A model generated the notes under the pieces. That model made no database searches and was not told the origin of the DNA. It worked only from the letters and a program-made list of their open reading frames with translations. The translations under genes were made by a program, and so were the position numbers. 64,000 bases of DNA. Origin: Eledone cirrhosa (taxonomy: Eukaryota). Positions 27,069-44,023 of this stretch are shown here, piece after piece. The DNA lies in contig OZ024744.1 of NCBI GenBank assembly GCA_964016885.1, positions 14,136,001 through 14,200,000 on the forward strand. The letters are read 5' to 3'. The first letter of the stretch is position 1. Every line of letters begins with the position of its first letter.

Positions 27069-27282
27069 ATAATAACTGCGCGAAATTCGCACTTGGCGGT
27101 AGCGTTCAACGGGAGGTCCATTCTCAACGGCTACCAAGCCAAGATTGAGCATCCCAGCGAAGCGCACGCATGCTTGTTTGGGAGTGAAGGAAGCACCAAT
27201 GACAACAGTGTTGCCAACAGCCGTACGAACAGTTTTTCTGCGTCCCATCGCTTTGGAGACCTTACTTTTGGGATTGCCCTCA
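27069..27282. mobile_element. Second mariner-type fragment with one TIR
   Basis: Ends agaccttacttttgggattgccctca|TA, the same TIR as 27040-27065. Confidence 0.6.
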
Positions 27283-27460
27283 TACAAACACATATGCAAG
27301 CACGTACTCACGCATATACGTATATTCACACATTCACACATACGTATATGTGCGCCTACATGCAAATACAAACACACACATATACATGCGTTCCTACATT
27401 CACACATGCGCACACACACGTACCCATAAATATACACATATATACATACACACACATCTC

Positions 27461-27542
<82 letters not shown>

Positions 27543-27868
27543 TATATACATATATATGTCTTTGTATATATATATACATATATATACAAACACATATATA
27601 CATAAACACATATATGAAACATATATCTATATACACATACATATACGCACGCACACGTACATAAACATACCACACCACACCACACACACATATGGACATG
27701 AATACATATACCCACACACGTACATAAACACATACACAACACACCACACACGTGCATAAAAAGTCGATACAGTTCAGTGGTAAGAATAGCAGGCACGAAA
27801 ATTATTAAAAACAACAAAATCAAAAAAAATATGAGGACAAAAATGAACGGGCTGACAAAATAATAAAA

Positions 27869-28000
27869 TCTATATTATAAAGCTGACGGCCGTATGTATG
27901 TAACAAACTTTTCGCTAAACGGGTGGACCAAACAGCACCAAATTTACACCATATATGTAACTTTTTCCAAGTAAGAAAGTAAGGGTATTTTTGTCTTCTA
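27869..28000 (+). mobile_element. Possible non-autonomous Helitron 5' end
   Basis: A|TCTATATTATAAAGCTGA..(GTAT)n..aaacgggtggacc..aaattt resembles Helitron 5' termini; no matching 3' CTAG found. Confidence 0.35.
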
Positions 28001-28336
28001 AATTTACTTAAAAGATGAAAGATATTTTATCGTTTATTTAAATATTCACCTCTTTAAAATTTTCAAATGTCAACATTTCCGGTTATACGACATTCCTCTC
28101 TCTTTCTTAGTCTGCCTTTTTAGATAGAAACATAGCTATAACGTCGCGCCCTTATAATATGTCTCTGTATGTCTGGCTGTCTGCATTAGATACATAGCTA
28201 TAACGCCACACGCTTATAATATCTGTCTGTCTGGCTGCCTGTCTGCATTGACTTCGCTTCTAACCTACTTTTAATTAATTCAGTGCAAAGATACCGCATG
28301 CCCTCTCAATAATTAATTATATATATATATATATAT

Positions 28337-31157
28337 ATTACAACGCAGCTCTAAATAAGGCGGCACGTGGCCAAAATATAACATATAGTCCGAAACGCCC
28401 GGATGGGGATGGTCCAACGGACACCCACACTCGCGTTGTCCGGGAAGAGGCGAACCCTAACAATACAGGCAGAACAGAAAAAAATAAGCACCATGAGCCC
28501 GACACCACCACACGGGCGATGGTGACGAGTACCCTTAACCATCAGATGAAACCCAATATAAGTAGCAGTCTCAGGGTGATAATAACCACCCCCGGGCCCG
28601 ACGACCCCAACCGCAGGACACGTGGGGGGGGGATAGCGGGGGACCACCCCACAGTAGATCCCCCAGCGCGGGCAACGACCACCCCACAGATTCGGGCCGT
28701 GGAGATAACAAAACGCATAGCGCCCAAAGGGGAAGCAACAATGCCGGAACCACCAGCAACCCAACAACTCTCCAACAACTCACGACGCCCCCAACCCACC
28801 CGTATAGGAGTAGACGCAGAAAAATCACGTGGTACAACCCACCCTACTCAGCGGCCCTAAAGAACAGCCTGGTCCGATCATTCTTGGAGCACTTGATAAA
28901 TGTTTCCCGAGGGACCATAGATACCACAAGATCTTCAACAGACACACTGTGAAGCTCTCGTATTCCACCACGAGAAATCTGGCCCAACACATAGCTAGCA
29001 TCAACAGGAGTAGGCTTAAAAATCACACACAACCAGAAGATGGCAACATAAGTACTCAGCAGAACCATGTGGAAGGAGGGAGAGGGGGACCCAGTGCTCA
29101 CCCAAGTAACTCAAACAGACCCGGGGACCCCCCACCGTGCCCGGGGGAAGATCACCAGGCAACACGTAACGGGAACCCCACACTAGGCACGGAGAGGTCG
29201 ACCACCCTCTGCAACTGCAGAAACCCCGAAACATGCCCCCTCAGTAATGAATGCCTTAAGAAGAACCTAATATACGGATGTAGGGTTAAAACTCCCAACT
29301 CCGAACACCTCTACATAGGAGCCACATCAACGAGCTTTAAAGACCGCTGTTATAACCATCGCCATTCCTTCAACAAGGAGGCCAAACGGAAAAGTACGGC
29401 TCTCTCCGACCTGATCTGGCTGCTGAAGCTGGACAGGCCCCGTACTCTCTGGCCTGGTCCATAATCAGGAAGGTACCACCCGATAAAGGGGGATCTGGCA
29501 TATGCAAACTATGTCTGAACGAGACCCTCGAGATACTAAGAGGTGGAAGCCGCCTGATAAACCTCAGAACCGACTTCTTCGGGACATGCAGACACCTCAG
29601 GGCCGGGACCTTCCTCAAGCTATATAGACAGTAGCACACACTGAGATGTGAACTCCCCTCAAGCTATAGGGACTTCTCCAGAACATGTAGACACCGCTCG
29701 ACCAGACCTCCCTCAAGCTCTATGGGCAGTAACAACACCATAGGTTGGGAACTCCCCTCAAGCCATAGGGACCCACCTCGGCTGAGCTGACACCATGATA
29801 GCCTAGAGATTGATTCTGACACAGCCTTTCTAATTTGGCCAACATCTTTATAACACACACACACTTTATTTTACTTGATTTTTCTTTGATTTTTCATTTG
29901 TTTTGTTTTCTTCACCTTATTGCCTTATATTTATGTCTTATATTTAAGTTGAGAATGGTTATAACACACACACTTTTTATTTAATTATCTTATTTCGCTT
30001 TATTCTTTTATCCTTTTACCATCTTGTTCCTCCTACCACTTTATCCAACATCTTTCTGACCTTGAGATTGGTTGTAGAACACACACATTTTATTTTATTT
30101 GAATCTTTAATTCTATTTTCCACTTTTCATTTTCATATTTCATTTTACATTTTTCAGTTTCCATTTCATTTTACATTTGTCATTAGTCATTTTTCATTGA
30201 TTAATTTTTCATTTATTTTCTATTCATTATTTATTTTCTATTTTCTTCATCTTATTGACTTCTATTTCTTCATAAACATGGCAGACCCCACCACCACCAT
30301 GAGAGATGGTGGCAGGATGGATGAAGAAACACACACAGATACTTATAAATGTCAGCAGCAGCAAGACATGGGCTGACCACAACACCAACAACACTACGAA
30401 ATTAAGGGTAGAGGTCAGATGTACCTAACAAGAGCAAAAACAAACACTACAGGGAACCTAACCTCAGAAAGAATTTCTATAGACTTTTGACTGAGGAATG
30501 CTCTCAAAACTGACCAATGGGAGGAGTGAACTTACAAATTTTTATAAAATTGAGATTGGGTATAACACACACATTTTATTTGATTATTTATTTGGTGCCT
30601 CTACCACCTTATTCCTTCTACCACTTTATCATTTTTTTAGCTGATTCTAACATCAACACCACTACCGACATAAGAGTAGAGGTCAGATATACTTAGCAAT
30701 GACAAGGAAAAACCACTACAGATTGCCTTGCCTCAGAATGAATTTCTATAGACTTTTGACTGAGGAATGTTCTCACAACTGACCAATGAGAGGAGAAGAT
30801 GTCCTCTGACGCTGAAATTCGTTTGTTTAAATTCATATGATTCCAGTTCCTCAATGAAACAACAACCTAACCAGGAACTGGGCATATCAGAGTATTGACA
30901 AAGTTATACACCTCAACAACATGTGTACTCGTCTCTACCCCACTAATTCGGACTGCCTGAAGAGGTCACAGCCAAAGATGGCTGTCACCGAAATATATAT
31001 AGCAGTAATAAACGAAGCCAAATTTTAAACATTTTACTTATTTATTTTATTTTATTTTATTTTACATTACTCCGGAGTAACCAAACCAACCTGCGCACTC
31101 CGTCGAGTGCTCCAATCTGCATACTGAGGTGTTGGTACACAACCAACATATACAATA
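28337..31157 (+). mobile_element. 5'-truncated Penelope-like (Naiad-type) element, family B, between (TA)n tracts
   Basis: YNAAL, RRRKITWYNP, IFNRHTVKLSYS, CNCRNPETCPLSNEC, LIY..YIGAT, CKLC, CRH (ends ~29634); long 3' region with internal repeats and a hammerhead. Confidence 0.9.
30952..31006 (+). ncRNA. Intact type I hammerhead ribozyme
   Basis: ACUGC-CUGAAGA-GGU.ACAGCCA(AAGA)UGGCUGU.ACC-GAAA-UAUAUA-UA^GCAGU; all core positions canonical. Confidence 0.92.
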
Positions 31158-32189
31158 TATATATATATATATATATATAATTAGTAATAATAATAAATGT
31201 GAAAACTAAAATCCAAAGAGGGCTCGATAAGGATAAATATATATCAAATATATAAGAACCCTAGAGCAAATATTGTTCTCATTGCTGACGTATTATCTTC
31301 GCTTTTTTCCGTTCATTGCCGTATCAGCAGCAAGGAGCATGCTCGGCTTCATATGCCATCGCACCCCGAACAGTACCGGCCCCTCTTCCATCTGTTCGTG
31401 GTGCTGCAGGTGTCGGCTTGGAAGATGGGGCGTGGGGCCGGAGACTGGGGCTCCGAGTGATATCAGGGGTGAGTGGCTGGCGTGTGTGGGTGGAAGGGGA
31501 TGTGCTGGTAAGAGGGCCTCATAGCTCACCTACATCAGATATGGAGGCGTCAGAAGACAAGAGAGAAAAGAAGGGGTGCATGGAGAGACACACAAGAAGG
31601 TAGAATGTTAGCAAATGAATAAATGTACAAAAAGAAAAAAACGGGGGGTGGGGGTGGCAGGAGATTGTTCCCAGCGGAAAGACTCAGAGTTCAGCACGTA
31701 CACATGCGAGCATGTTAGCATTTTCTCATAGGACCTTATGGTTGAAGGTGAGTCATTCAATCCTGAAAACATATGTGTTGTTGTCACTGCTGCTGTCGTT
31801 GCCTTCCTCTTGTTAATGGTGGTGGTAGTTGAAACTGCTTCCAATTCGGGCTGCCAGGCTGTTTGCTGTCTAATCCGATTCAAATTATTTGGTAGTGAAT
31901 TGGTGGTCGGTTTTGTTTTGTTTTCTTTTATGTTTCCATTTATTTTTATTTATTTCTCTCGCTCTTCTCGTATGTTTCGGTGCGTTAAATTTGTGAGGTT
32001 CCTATCGATGGTTAATATCATTTATTATTTGAGGTTATATTTCCATTCTAGAATGTATTCCATCATAACAGCACATTCTGCTTCCCAGCATCATGGATTA
32101 AACTGTGAATTAATGACGCGAATGTTTGGGACGAATGTTTGACTATTAGGTAATCAGATAATCCAATAGAGTCTAGTGGATTTAAGAAT

Positions 32190-32375
32190 ATGTCCGTTAT
32201 TTTATTTCAGCCTCGCTTTCAATTGTCCTAGACTCTGTTTTGAAATCCATATCTCACTTCCGTTTTAAATAAAATTCATTCTGACGATTGAAGGTAGTCG
32301 TCTGTGCCAGGCTCGTCTGTCTTCGTTAAACCTTTGGTAAATGAAATAATTATCTTATGTTGTTTATTACATAAT
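32190..32375 (+). mobile_element. Short hammerhead-bearing repeat; hammerhead at 32275-32345 (G12U)
   Basis: UUCAUU-CUGACGA-stem II-UAAA-CCUUUGG-UA-AAUGAA; homologous to 26717-26888, 20280-20445 and 19205-19370. Confidence 0.7.
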
Positions 32376-32599
32376 TATATAGATATATAGATATATTTAT
32401 TCCTCACTCTCTCCCTTTTTTTCTCTCTGGAAGAAATCGGTTGCGTTTAGACCTAGAAAGGAAATGGGCTCCGACAGGTTTTTTTTTAAATGTCCAAAAA
32501 ACACCATACTTGTATGTCACTACAACGTCCCTTTGACTACATCGTGAGTTCGGGTTTAAAAAAAAAAGAAGAGATTGCTGTCGTGTGTGCATTCATGTG

Positions 32600-33060
32600 G
32601 TATTCGTGTGGTATATCTTGGAGTGATGATTGTACGTCCGAGATGGAGGCCTTGAAGACTTCAGCAACGGACGTTCACCGTTTCCAGCTTGGACGAGTTG
32701 ATCTGGTCAGAGCAGGAACCACTGATTGGAGATCCTGACAGACGGTCTGTTCATTTTGTTTTACCGATATGGCGTCCCAGATGAGGGATCTACCTCCTTC
32801 GAATGAAAAGAGGGTAACTCTGCGGGGGCGCTTGCCGTCTCCGCGGTTGAGGCCTGCTGGCTCCAGTTGTGATGGGAGGCCAAGGCTCCTTCTCAATGTG
32901 ACGTTAAGAGCGGCATGTCAGGGGAGCCGGCCTACGCTCTGGCGGCAAGACAGTGGGTGCAATCCGAACTTGTCAACGACCGCAGCCACAACGGCATTTA
33001 TATAACTCACACATACGGAGGCCGAGGCGTTGAGCCACTCGCCGCTGAGAAGCAGAGTGG
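32600..33060 (-). mobile_element. CRE-clade non-LTR retrotransposon, C-terminal RLE fragment
   Basis: [46 protein letters not shown]; homologous to 50109-50879. Confidence 0.75.
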
Positions 33061-33426
33061 AGGCAGGCGGGGTGGTGTTGGTCCATCTGGACTAGATCCG
33101 GCAGGAAGTAGACCTACATTTCGTTACAGTTTGTTTTATGTTTTGTTTGTTTATTTGTTTTGAGCTTATTTCTAATATTTCCTTCATATTCTGTATTTGC
33201 CAGCAGAAACATCAAATGTTGTAACAAGAGAAAGTGTGAACATATCCAGCAACTACTGCAGTCAACTTGAGATTATATTGAAGAAGACGCTACAGTCCCT
33301 GCTACAATTCATTGTTAATGCTAATGGCATGTGTAAAGATAATTGTCTTCAACCAAATTTAACAGTTACTTGTTCGTAAACATTCTTTTTAATCAGTATT
33401 AAACATTCCTGTTTAACATATATGGC

Positions 33427-36229
33427 TTGTTATTGTTGTTATTGTTAATGGTGGTGTTGGTGGTTGTTGTTGTGGTGGTGGTGGTGGTGGTGATGGTGGT
33501 GATGGTTGTTGTTGGTGGTGGTGGTGTTGTTGATGGTAGTGGTAGTGGTGGTGGTGGTGGTGATGGTGGTGGTAGTGGTGTTGTTGTTGTTGTTGGTGTT
33601 GGTGGTGGTAGTGGTGTTGTTGATGGTAGTGGTAGTGGTGGTGGTGGTGGTGGTGGTGGTGGTGGTGGTGATGGTGGTGGTAGTGGTGTTGTTGTTGTTG
33701 TTGGTGGTGGTGTTGGTGGTGGTAGTGGTGTTGTTAGTGGTGGAGGTAGTGGTGGTAGTGGTGTTGTTGTTGATGGTGGTGGTGTTGTTGATGTTGGTGG
33801 TAGTGGTGTTGATGGTGGTGGTGGTAGTAGTGGTGTTGGTGGTGGTGGTGGTGGTGTTGTTGGTGGTAGTGGTGGTAGTGGTGTTGTTGATGGTGGTGGT
33901 AGTGGTGTTGTTGTTGATGGTGGTGTTGTTGGTGGTGGTGGTAGTGCTGTTGATGGTGGTGGTGGTGTATATGGAGGTGGTAGTGGTGTTGATGGTGGTG
34001 GTATTCGTGTTGTTGATGGTGGTGGTAGTGGTGTTGTTGGTGGTGGTAGTGGTGTTGGTGGTGGTGGTAGTGGTGTTGCTGTTGGTGGTGGTAGTGTTAT
34101 TGATGGTGGTGGCAGTGGTTTTGATGGTGGTGGTAGTGGTGTTGGTGGTGGTGGTGTGGTGTTGATGGTGGTGGTGTTAGTGGTGCTGATGGTGGTGGTG
34201 GTGTTGATGGTGGTGGTAGTGGTGTTGGTGGTGGTGGTAGTGGTTGTGTTGTTGATGTTGGTGGTGGTGGTAATGGTAGTGTTGTTGATGACGGTGGTAG
34301 TAGTGTTGATGGTAGTGATAGTGGTGTTGGTGGTGGTGGTGGTGGTGGTGGTAATGGTGTTGTTGATGGTGGTGGAGTTGGTGGTGGTAGTGGTGTTGAT
34401 GGTGGTGGTGGTGGTAGTGGTCTTGTTGGTGGTGGTAGTGGTGTTGTTGGTGGTTGTCGTAGTGGTGTTGGTGGCAGTAGTGGTGGTGTTAGTGGTAGTG
34501 GTAGTGGTGGTGTTGGTTGTAGTGGTGCTGATGGTGTTGGTAGTGGTGTTGTTGATGGTGGTGGTAGTGGTGTTGATGGTGGTGGTAGTGGTGTTGATGG
34601 TGGTGGTGGTGGTGTTGTTGATGGTGGTGGTAGTGGTGTTGTTGATGGTGGTGGTAGTGGTGTTGTTGGTGGTGGTAGTGGTGTTGTTGATGGTGGTGGT
34701 AGTAGTGTTGATGGTGGTGTTGATGGTGCGGTAAGTAGTGTTGTAGATGGTGGTGGTAGTGGAGTTGTTGATGGTGGTAGTGGTGGTGTTGATTTTGATG
34801 GTAGTGGTGTTGTTGATGGTGGTGGTGTTGTTGATGGTGGTGGTAGTGTTGTTGTTGTTGTTGTTGGTGGTGGTAGTGGTTTTGTTGATGGTGGTGGCAG
34901 TGATGTTGATGGTGGTGGTAGAGGTGTTGCTGGTGGTGGTAGTGGTGTTGTTGAAAGTGGTGGTAGTGGTTTTATTGATGGTGGTGGTAGTGGTGTTGGT
35001 GGTGGTAGTGGTGTTGATGGTGGTGGTAGTGGTGTTGTTGATGGTGGTGGTAGTGGTGTTGATGGTGGTGGTAGTGGTGTTGTTGGTGGTAGTAGTGGTG
35101 TTGTTGATGGTGGTGGTAGTGGTGTTGATGGTGGTGGTAGTGGTGTTGATGGTGGTGGTAGTGGTGTTGATGGTGGTGGTAGTGGTGTTGTTGAAAGTGG
35201 TGGTAGTGGTTTTATTGATAGTGGTGGTAGTGGTGTTGGTGATGGTGGTAGTGGTGTTGATGGTGGTGGTAGTGGTGTTGATGGTGGTGGTAATGATGGT
35301 AGTGGTAGTGGTGTTGTTGGTGGTGGTGGTAGTGTTTTTGATGGTGGTGGTAGTGGTCTTGTTGATGGTGGTGGTAGTGGTGTTGTTGGTGGTGGTGGTC
35401 TTGATGGTGGTGGTGGTAGTGGTGTTGTTGGTGGTGGTAATGGTGTTGTTGATGGTGGTGGTAGTGGTGTTGATGGTGGTGGTAGTGGTGTTGATGGTGG
35501 TGGTAGTGGTGTTGTTGAAAGTGGTGGTAGTGGTGTTGTTGATGGTGGTGGTAGTGGTGTTGTTGATGGTGGTGGTAATGATGGTAGTGGTAGTGGTGTT
35601 GTTGGTGGTGGTGGTAGTGTTGTTGATGGTGGTGAGGGAGGTCTTGTTGATGGTGGTGGTAGTGGTGTTGTTGGTGGTTATGGTGTTGTTGGTGGTGGTG
35701 TAGATGGTGGTGGTAGTGGTGTTGATGGTGGTGGTAGTGGTGTTGTTGATGGTGGTGGTAGTGGTGTTGTTGATGGTGGGGGTAGTGGTGTTGTTGATGG
35801 TGGTGGTAATGATGGCAGTGGTAGTGGTGTTGTCGTTGGTGGTGGTAGTGGTGCTGTTGATGCTGGTGGTGGTAGTCGTGGTGTTGTTGATGGTGGTGGT
35901 AGTGGTGTTGTTGATGGTGGTGGTAGTGGTGTTGATGGTGGCAGTGGTAGTGGCGGTGTTGATGGTGGTAGTTGTGTTGTTGATGTAGGTGGTAGTGGTG
36001 TTGTTGGTGGTGGTAGTGGTTGTGTTGTTGATTGTGGTGGTAGTGGTGTTGATGGTGGTGGTAGTGGTGTTGTTGTTGATGGTGGTGGTAGTGGTGTTGA
36101 TGGTGCTGGTAGTGGTGTTGTTGATGGTGGTGGTAGTGGTGTTGATGGTGGTAGAGGTGTTTATGGTGGTTGTAGTGGTGTTGGTGGTGGTGGTAGTGTT
36201 GTTGATGGTGGTGGGAGTGGTGGTGTTGT
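33427..36229. repeat. 2.8 kb degenerate (GGT/GTT/GAT/AGT)n low-complexity tract
   Basis: Direct reading; recurring gatggtggtggtagtggtgtt(gtt) 21-24 nt units. Confidence 0.95.
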
Positions 36230-36789
36230 TTCACCCCTAATAAACCAGCTATGTACCTCATTCTCCCAAATAAAATAATTTCAATTTACTGTTTAGTTAA
36301 GTTGACAAACCTAGTTTTTGACATTTCTGGCTCTGACTCTTATTAAGGAAACTAACAAGCCTGTATTTATAGGCAGACAATATACCCATAAGCACACACA
36401 TATCGGTATAGATAGGAGTATTACACAGGACAGTGATGGCAGCACCAGGCATAGACAGAAAAGGGCACGCGGGAACCCTTGGAACCTCAGCACATAAGGA
36501 CTGAACCATAGTAACGGCACAGACCAGGATGGGGAAACCAAAGAAAGTGAAGTATATAACACAGCACGGAAATTTGAACATGCTAGGGATAACACCAAGC
36601 TTAAGAATACCAACAATGATACAGTAGGATACTCGGGTAGTAGGGCAGGGACGACAACTAGGGCTAGTAAACGTGTCTAGAACAACATAGTGAGTGAATG
36701 CCTTTCCACAGACATAAGTAATAGTTCTAAGCATAGGGATAGAATAGGGGATTAATTAGGAGTAGGGCATAACCTGAGAGAACAACATG

Positions 36790-39774
<2,985 letters not shown>

Positions 39775-39777
39775 AAT

Positions 39778-40266
39778 TTTGAGTATATGTTGGTTGTTTA
39801 CAGACACCTGGGTATGCAGATTGGAGCACTCCACGAAGTACGCCGGTTGGTTTGGTTACTCCGAAGTAATGTAAAATAAAATACTTAAGTCAAATATTTA
39901 AAATTTAGCTTCGTTTATTATATATATTTCGGTGACAGTCATCCTTGGCTGTGACCTCTTCAGGCAGTCCGAATTGGTGTGGTAGAGACAGGTACACATG
40001 TTGTTGAAGTGTTTAACTCCGTCAATACTCCGATATGCCCAGTTCCTGGTTGGGTTGTTATTTCTCTGAGGAACTGGAATCATATGAATTCGAACAAACG
40101 AATTCCGGCGTCATAGGACACTCTCTCCTCCCATTGGTCAGTTTTGAGAACATTCCTCAGTCAAAAGTCTATAGAACATTTTTCTGAGGCAAGACAATCT
40201 GTTGTGGTTGTTTTTGTTAAGTACAGCTGACCTCCTCCCTTGTGTTGGTAGTGGTGTTTGTGTTAC
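39778..40266 (-). repeat. Inverted pLTR of the family B Penelope-like element; partial hammerhead at 39919-39968
   Basis: Reverse complement of 43672-44075 and 30655-31155. Confidence 0.88.
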
Positions 40267-43200
40267 TCCTGATGAGATCACTGGTGTATTCTCGTTTGCC
40301 AGGTAGGGGGATATCCTTCAGTGACGCCAAGGTTGCCAGTTTTTCTCCCCTGTCCGTAGGATGAGATGGAGGGCGTTCCACTTTGAAAGAGGAACGCCTA
40401 ACATTACCAACACCCAAAACATGGAGTACCTTTTTAGATCAAGGAGGAACCCTCCCCACAACAGGCTAATGGAGGAGTTCGAAAACGAGATGATTAACAT
40501 TATCTCCGTCCTCAAATTCTCCGGAAACCCACCCATAAGTTAGGAAAACCTCAGACACCTGGGAAACGGGAGTACAAAACTTAAAGAGACAACTGGAATA
40601 CTTTTCCATGCCAATAAAACCAACAACCTCTACAACATGGACACTGAACTGTATAATAAGCTAATTCTCAGGGAACTGAGGAAATGCTACAAAAAAACAC
40701 CTCGATTTACCCTGGATGAGATCAACGCCACAGTTTACAGGATTATATCCGGACTCGGCATAGAGGACATGACGGCCCATTACCAACCAAGGGAGCCGCG
40801 GATTACCCTTAAAGATCACAAGCCAAACTTTGAGTCCGACCTCCCTGTTAGACTAATAGCCACCTACAGATCAGATCTAGGGATCTTCAGTAAAAACATA
40901 CTAGATAGGATTTTGTCCAAGCTTCGGAAAAAAACTAGATTACAGCAATGGTTATGCACGGGAGAGGTAATAGAATGGTTTAAGATACTACATGAGAAAA
41001 GTAGGACCAGCTTAATCCAACTGGATATCGCAGGCTACTACTCCTCAATCTCGCCCATAGTACTCAATAAGGCCCTTATTTTAGCGATGTTCAATACGGA
41101 CCTAACCCGAGAGGAGGTGGGCATAATCCACGCTGCCTGAAAGACCTTGATCCGTTTCGGTGGAGACCTTTGGACCAGGAGTGATTGGCCAAATAACTTT
41201 GACATCACGATGGGCTCCAGCGACTCCGCACAGGTAACGGACCTGGTTGGGATCTTCCTGCTGAAGCAGATAAAAGAAGAAATCCCCTGCCTGGGCGGCG
41301 GATTGTATCGTGAAGATGCTCTCTTCACAGTCTATGACCACAGCACCACTATGGTGGAGATAATGAAGAGGCGTATTCGGCATTTCTTTAAGAACCAGAG
41401 GCACAGTATCGAACTAGACCCAAATAGAAAGGTAGTTAACTTCCTAGACCCCACCCTAAACCTGAACAACGAGCAATACTACCCCTACCACAAGCCGAAC
41501 GAGAAACTGGTATATGTTAACGCCAAGTCAAACCACCCTAGATCCATAACCAAAGCCGTGGTGAAGAGTGTCTCGGACAGAATCTCCAGCCTGTCCGCAA
41601 ATAAGGAAATCTTCTATAGCAACGCAGAATATTACAACGCAGCTCTAAATAAGGCGGCGCATGGCCAAAATATATTATAATCCGAGGCGCCATGATGGGG
41701 ATGGCCCACTGGACACCCCGACCCACGGTATCCGGGAGGGGGGAACCCTAACAATACAGGCAGAGTGGAAACAACTAAACACCATGAGCCCGACACCACC
41801 ACATTGGCGAGGGGGACGCGTACGCATAACCATGGGAGGAAACCCAATACGAGTAGCAGTCTCAGGGGTGATACTAACCACGCTCCCAACCGCAAGACAC
41901 GAAGAGGGACTGGTGGAGGAACCTCCCATTGTAGAGCTCGCAGCTTGAGCAACAACCACCCCACAGATACGGGCTGGGAAGTTAGAAAAACACATAGCAC
42001 CCAAAGGGGAAGCAGCAATGCGGAAACCACTAGCAACCCAACAACTCCCCCAACAGTCCACGGCACGCTCAACCCACCTACATAGGAGGAGACGCAGAAA
42101 AATCACGTGGTACAACCCACTCTACTCAGCGGCCCTAAAGAACAGCTTGGCCCGCTCATTCTTTACAGCACTAGATAAATGCTTCCCGAGGGACCATAGA
42201 CACCGCAAGATCTTCAACAGTCACACTGTTGTGGCCCAACGAAATGTGGCCCAGCACATAGCTAACATCAATAGGGGTAGACTTAAAAACCACACACAAC
42301 CAGAAGCTGGCAATATAAGCACCAAGCAGAACCATGTGGAGGGAAAGAAGGGTGGATCCAGTGCCCACCCTGGAAACCCAAACAGACCCAGGGACCCCCC
42401 ACCGGGCCCGGGGGAGGACCACCATATAATACGTAACGGGAACCCCACACTAGGCACGCGGAGGTTGACCACCTTTACATAGGAGCCACATCAACGAGCT
42501 TTAAAGACCGATGGTATAACCATCGCAATTCCTTTAATAGTGGGACAAAAGGAAATGTACGGCTCTTTCCGAACTGTTCTGAAGGCTCAAGCTGGACAGG
42601 ACCCCGTACTCTCTGCCCTGGTCCAAAATCAGGAAAGTACCATCTGATAAAGGGGGATCTCGCATCTGCAAACTATGTCTGAGCGAGACCCTCGAGATAC
42701 TCAGAGGTGGAAGCAGCCTGATAAACCTCAGAACCGACTTCTTCGGCACATGTAGACACCTCAGAGCTGGGAGCTTCCTCAAGCTATATGGACAATAACA
42801 ATACATTGGGATGGGAACTTCCCTCTAGCTATAAGGACAGCAGCCCCACCACACCGAGCCCACGGTAAACAACCCCCTACACAATCACCACCCGTACCCC
42901 TGCCTCGATCGACTCCTGTGACAACACATACTTAAGCATATGTCCATACATAGATAATGTTATTTAAGATGGTACATGCATAGATACTTACATGTGTGTG
43001 TGTGGGTGTGTGGGGGGGGTTATAATGTGTGTGTGTGCATAGGGAATGCACCTGGGCCTGTGCTTGTGCGTGTGTGCTTGGAACGATGTGAGGCATATGT
43101 ACTCTATGCCGAAATAGGAACTGTAGTCCTCTGCCTTTCTGGATTATAACACTCGGGTTCTGGTGTTTTACACTCCACCCTTGTCTCATTTGCTCTTAAA

Positions 43201-43970
43201 ACGCACCACAGCATGATAGTGTAAAGATTGTAATCCTTTGCACTTCTCGATTCTGACACAGCTTTTCTACTTCGGTCAATATCATCCAAATCTTTCAAAC
43301 TTTGAGATTTGTTATAACACACACGCATTTTATTTTATTCTTTTATTTTATTCTTTTTATTATTTTATTATATTTTTGTTTATTTATTTTTTTTATTTCT
43401 ATATTTTTTATTTTTTATTTTTATTTATTTTTTTTTATTTTTTTATTTATTTATTTATTTATTTTTTTTTTATTATTTTTTTTTTTTTCTTCATTTTATT
43501 GCTTTATATTCTTTTATTTCTCCATTTTACTTTATCTTATTTCTTCATCTGTTTGGCACCCACCCCCACCACCACCACGGGAAATGGTGGCAGGATAGAT
43601 GCCAACTCACACACACAAAATCCTCTAAACATAGCAGCAGCCGAACTAAAGCTGAGCTGACTACTGACCTCCTAACACCAACACCACTACCATCACAAGG
43701 GAGGAGGTCAGCTGTACTTAACAAAAACAACCACAACAGATTGCCTTGCCTCAGAAAAATGTTCTATAGACTTTTGACTAAGGAATGTTCTCAAAACTGA
43801 CCAATGGGAGAAGAGAGTGTCCTATGACGCCGAAATTCGTTTGTTCGAATTCATATGATTCCAGTTCCTCAGAGAAATAACAACCCAACCAGGAACTGGG
43901 CATATCGCAGTATTGGCGGAGTTAAACACTTCAACAGCATGTGTACCTGTCTCTACATTACCAATTCGGC

Positions 43971-44023
43971 CTGCCTGAAGAGGTCACAGCCAAGGATGGC
44001 TGTCACCGAAATATATATAGCAG
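43971..44023 (+). ncRNA. Intact type I hammerhead ribozyme
   Basis: CUGC-CUGAAGA-GGU.ACAGCCA(AGGA)UGGCUGU.ACC-GAAA-UAUAUA-UA^GCAG. Confidence 0.9.

Noticed and set aside
29610-29775. CRISPR-like repeat-spacer pattern
   Set aside because: Irregular degenerate repeats inside a eukaryotic retroelement 3' UTR; no cas genes
30755-30840. CUGAGGA...GAAAUUCG as a second hammerhead in the family B pLTR
   Set aside because: Stem I and NUH register do not fit, and the core is not conserved in the 43779 and 40105 copies
31290-31560. 2A-like (SDVGEL*GP) and PHD-like Cys pattern on the minus strand
   Set aside because: Motifs are too degenerate, contain stops and have no linked RT
33427-36261. Long poly-Val/Gly/His ORFs as structural protein genes
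   Set aside because: Pure by-product of the GGT tract; no unique domains, signal peptide context or splice evidence
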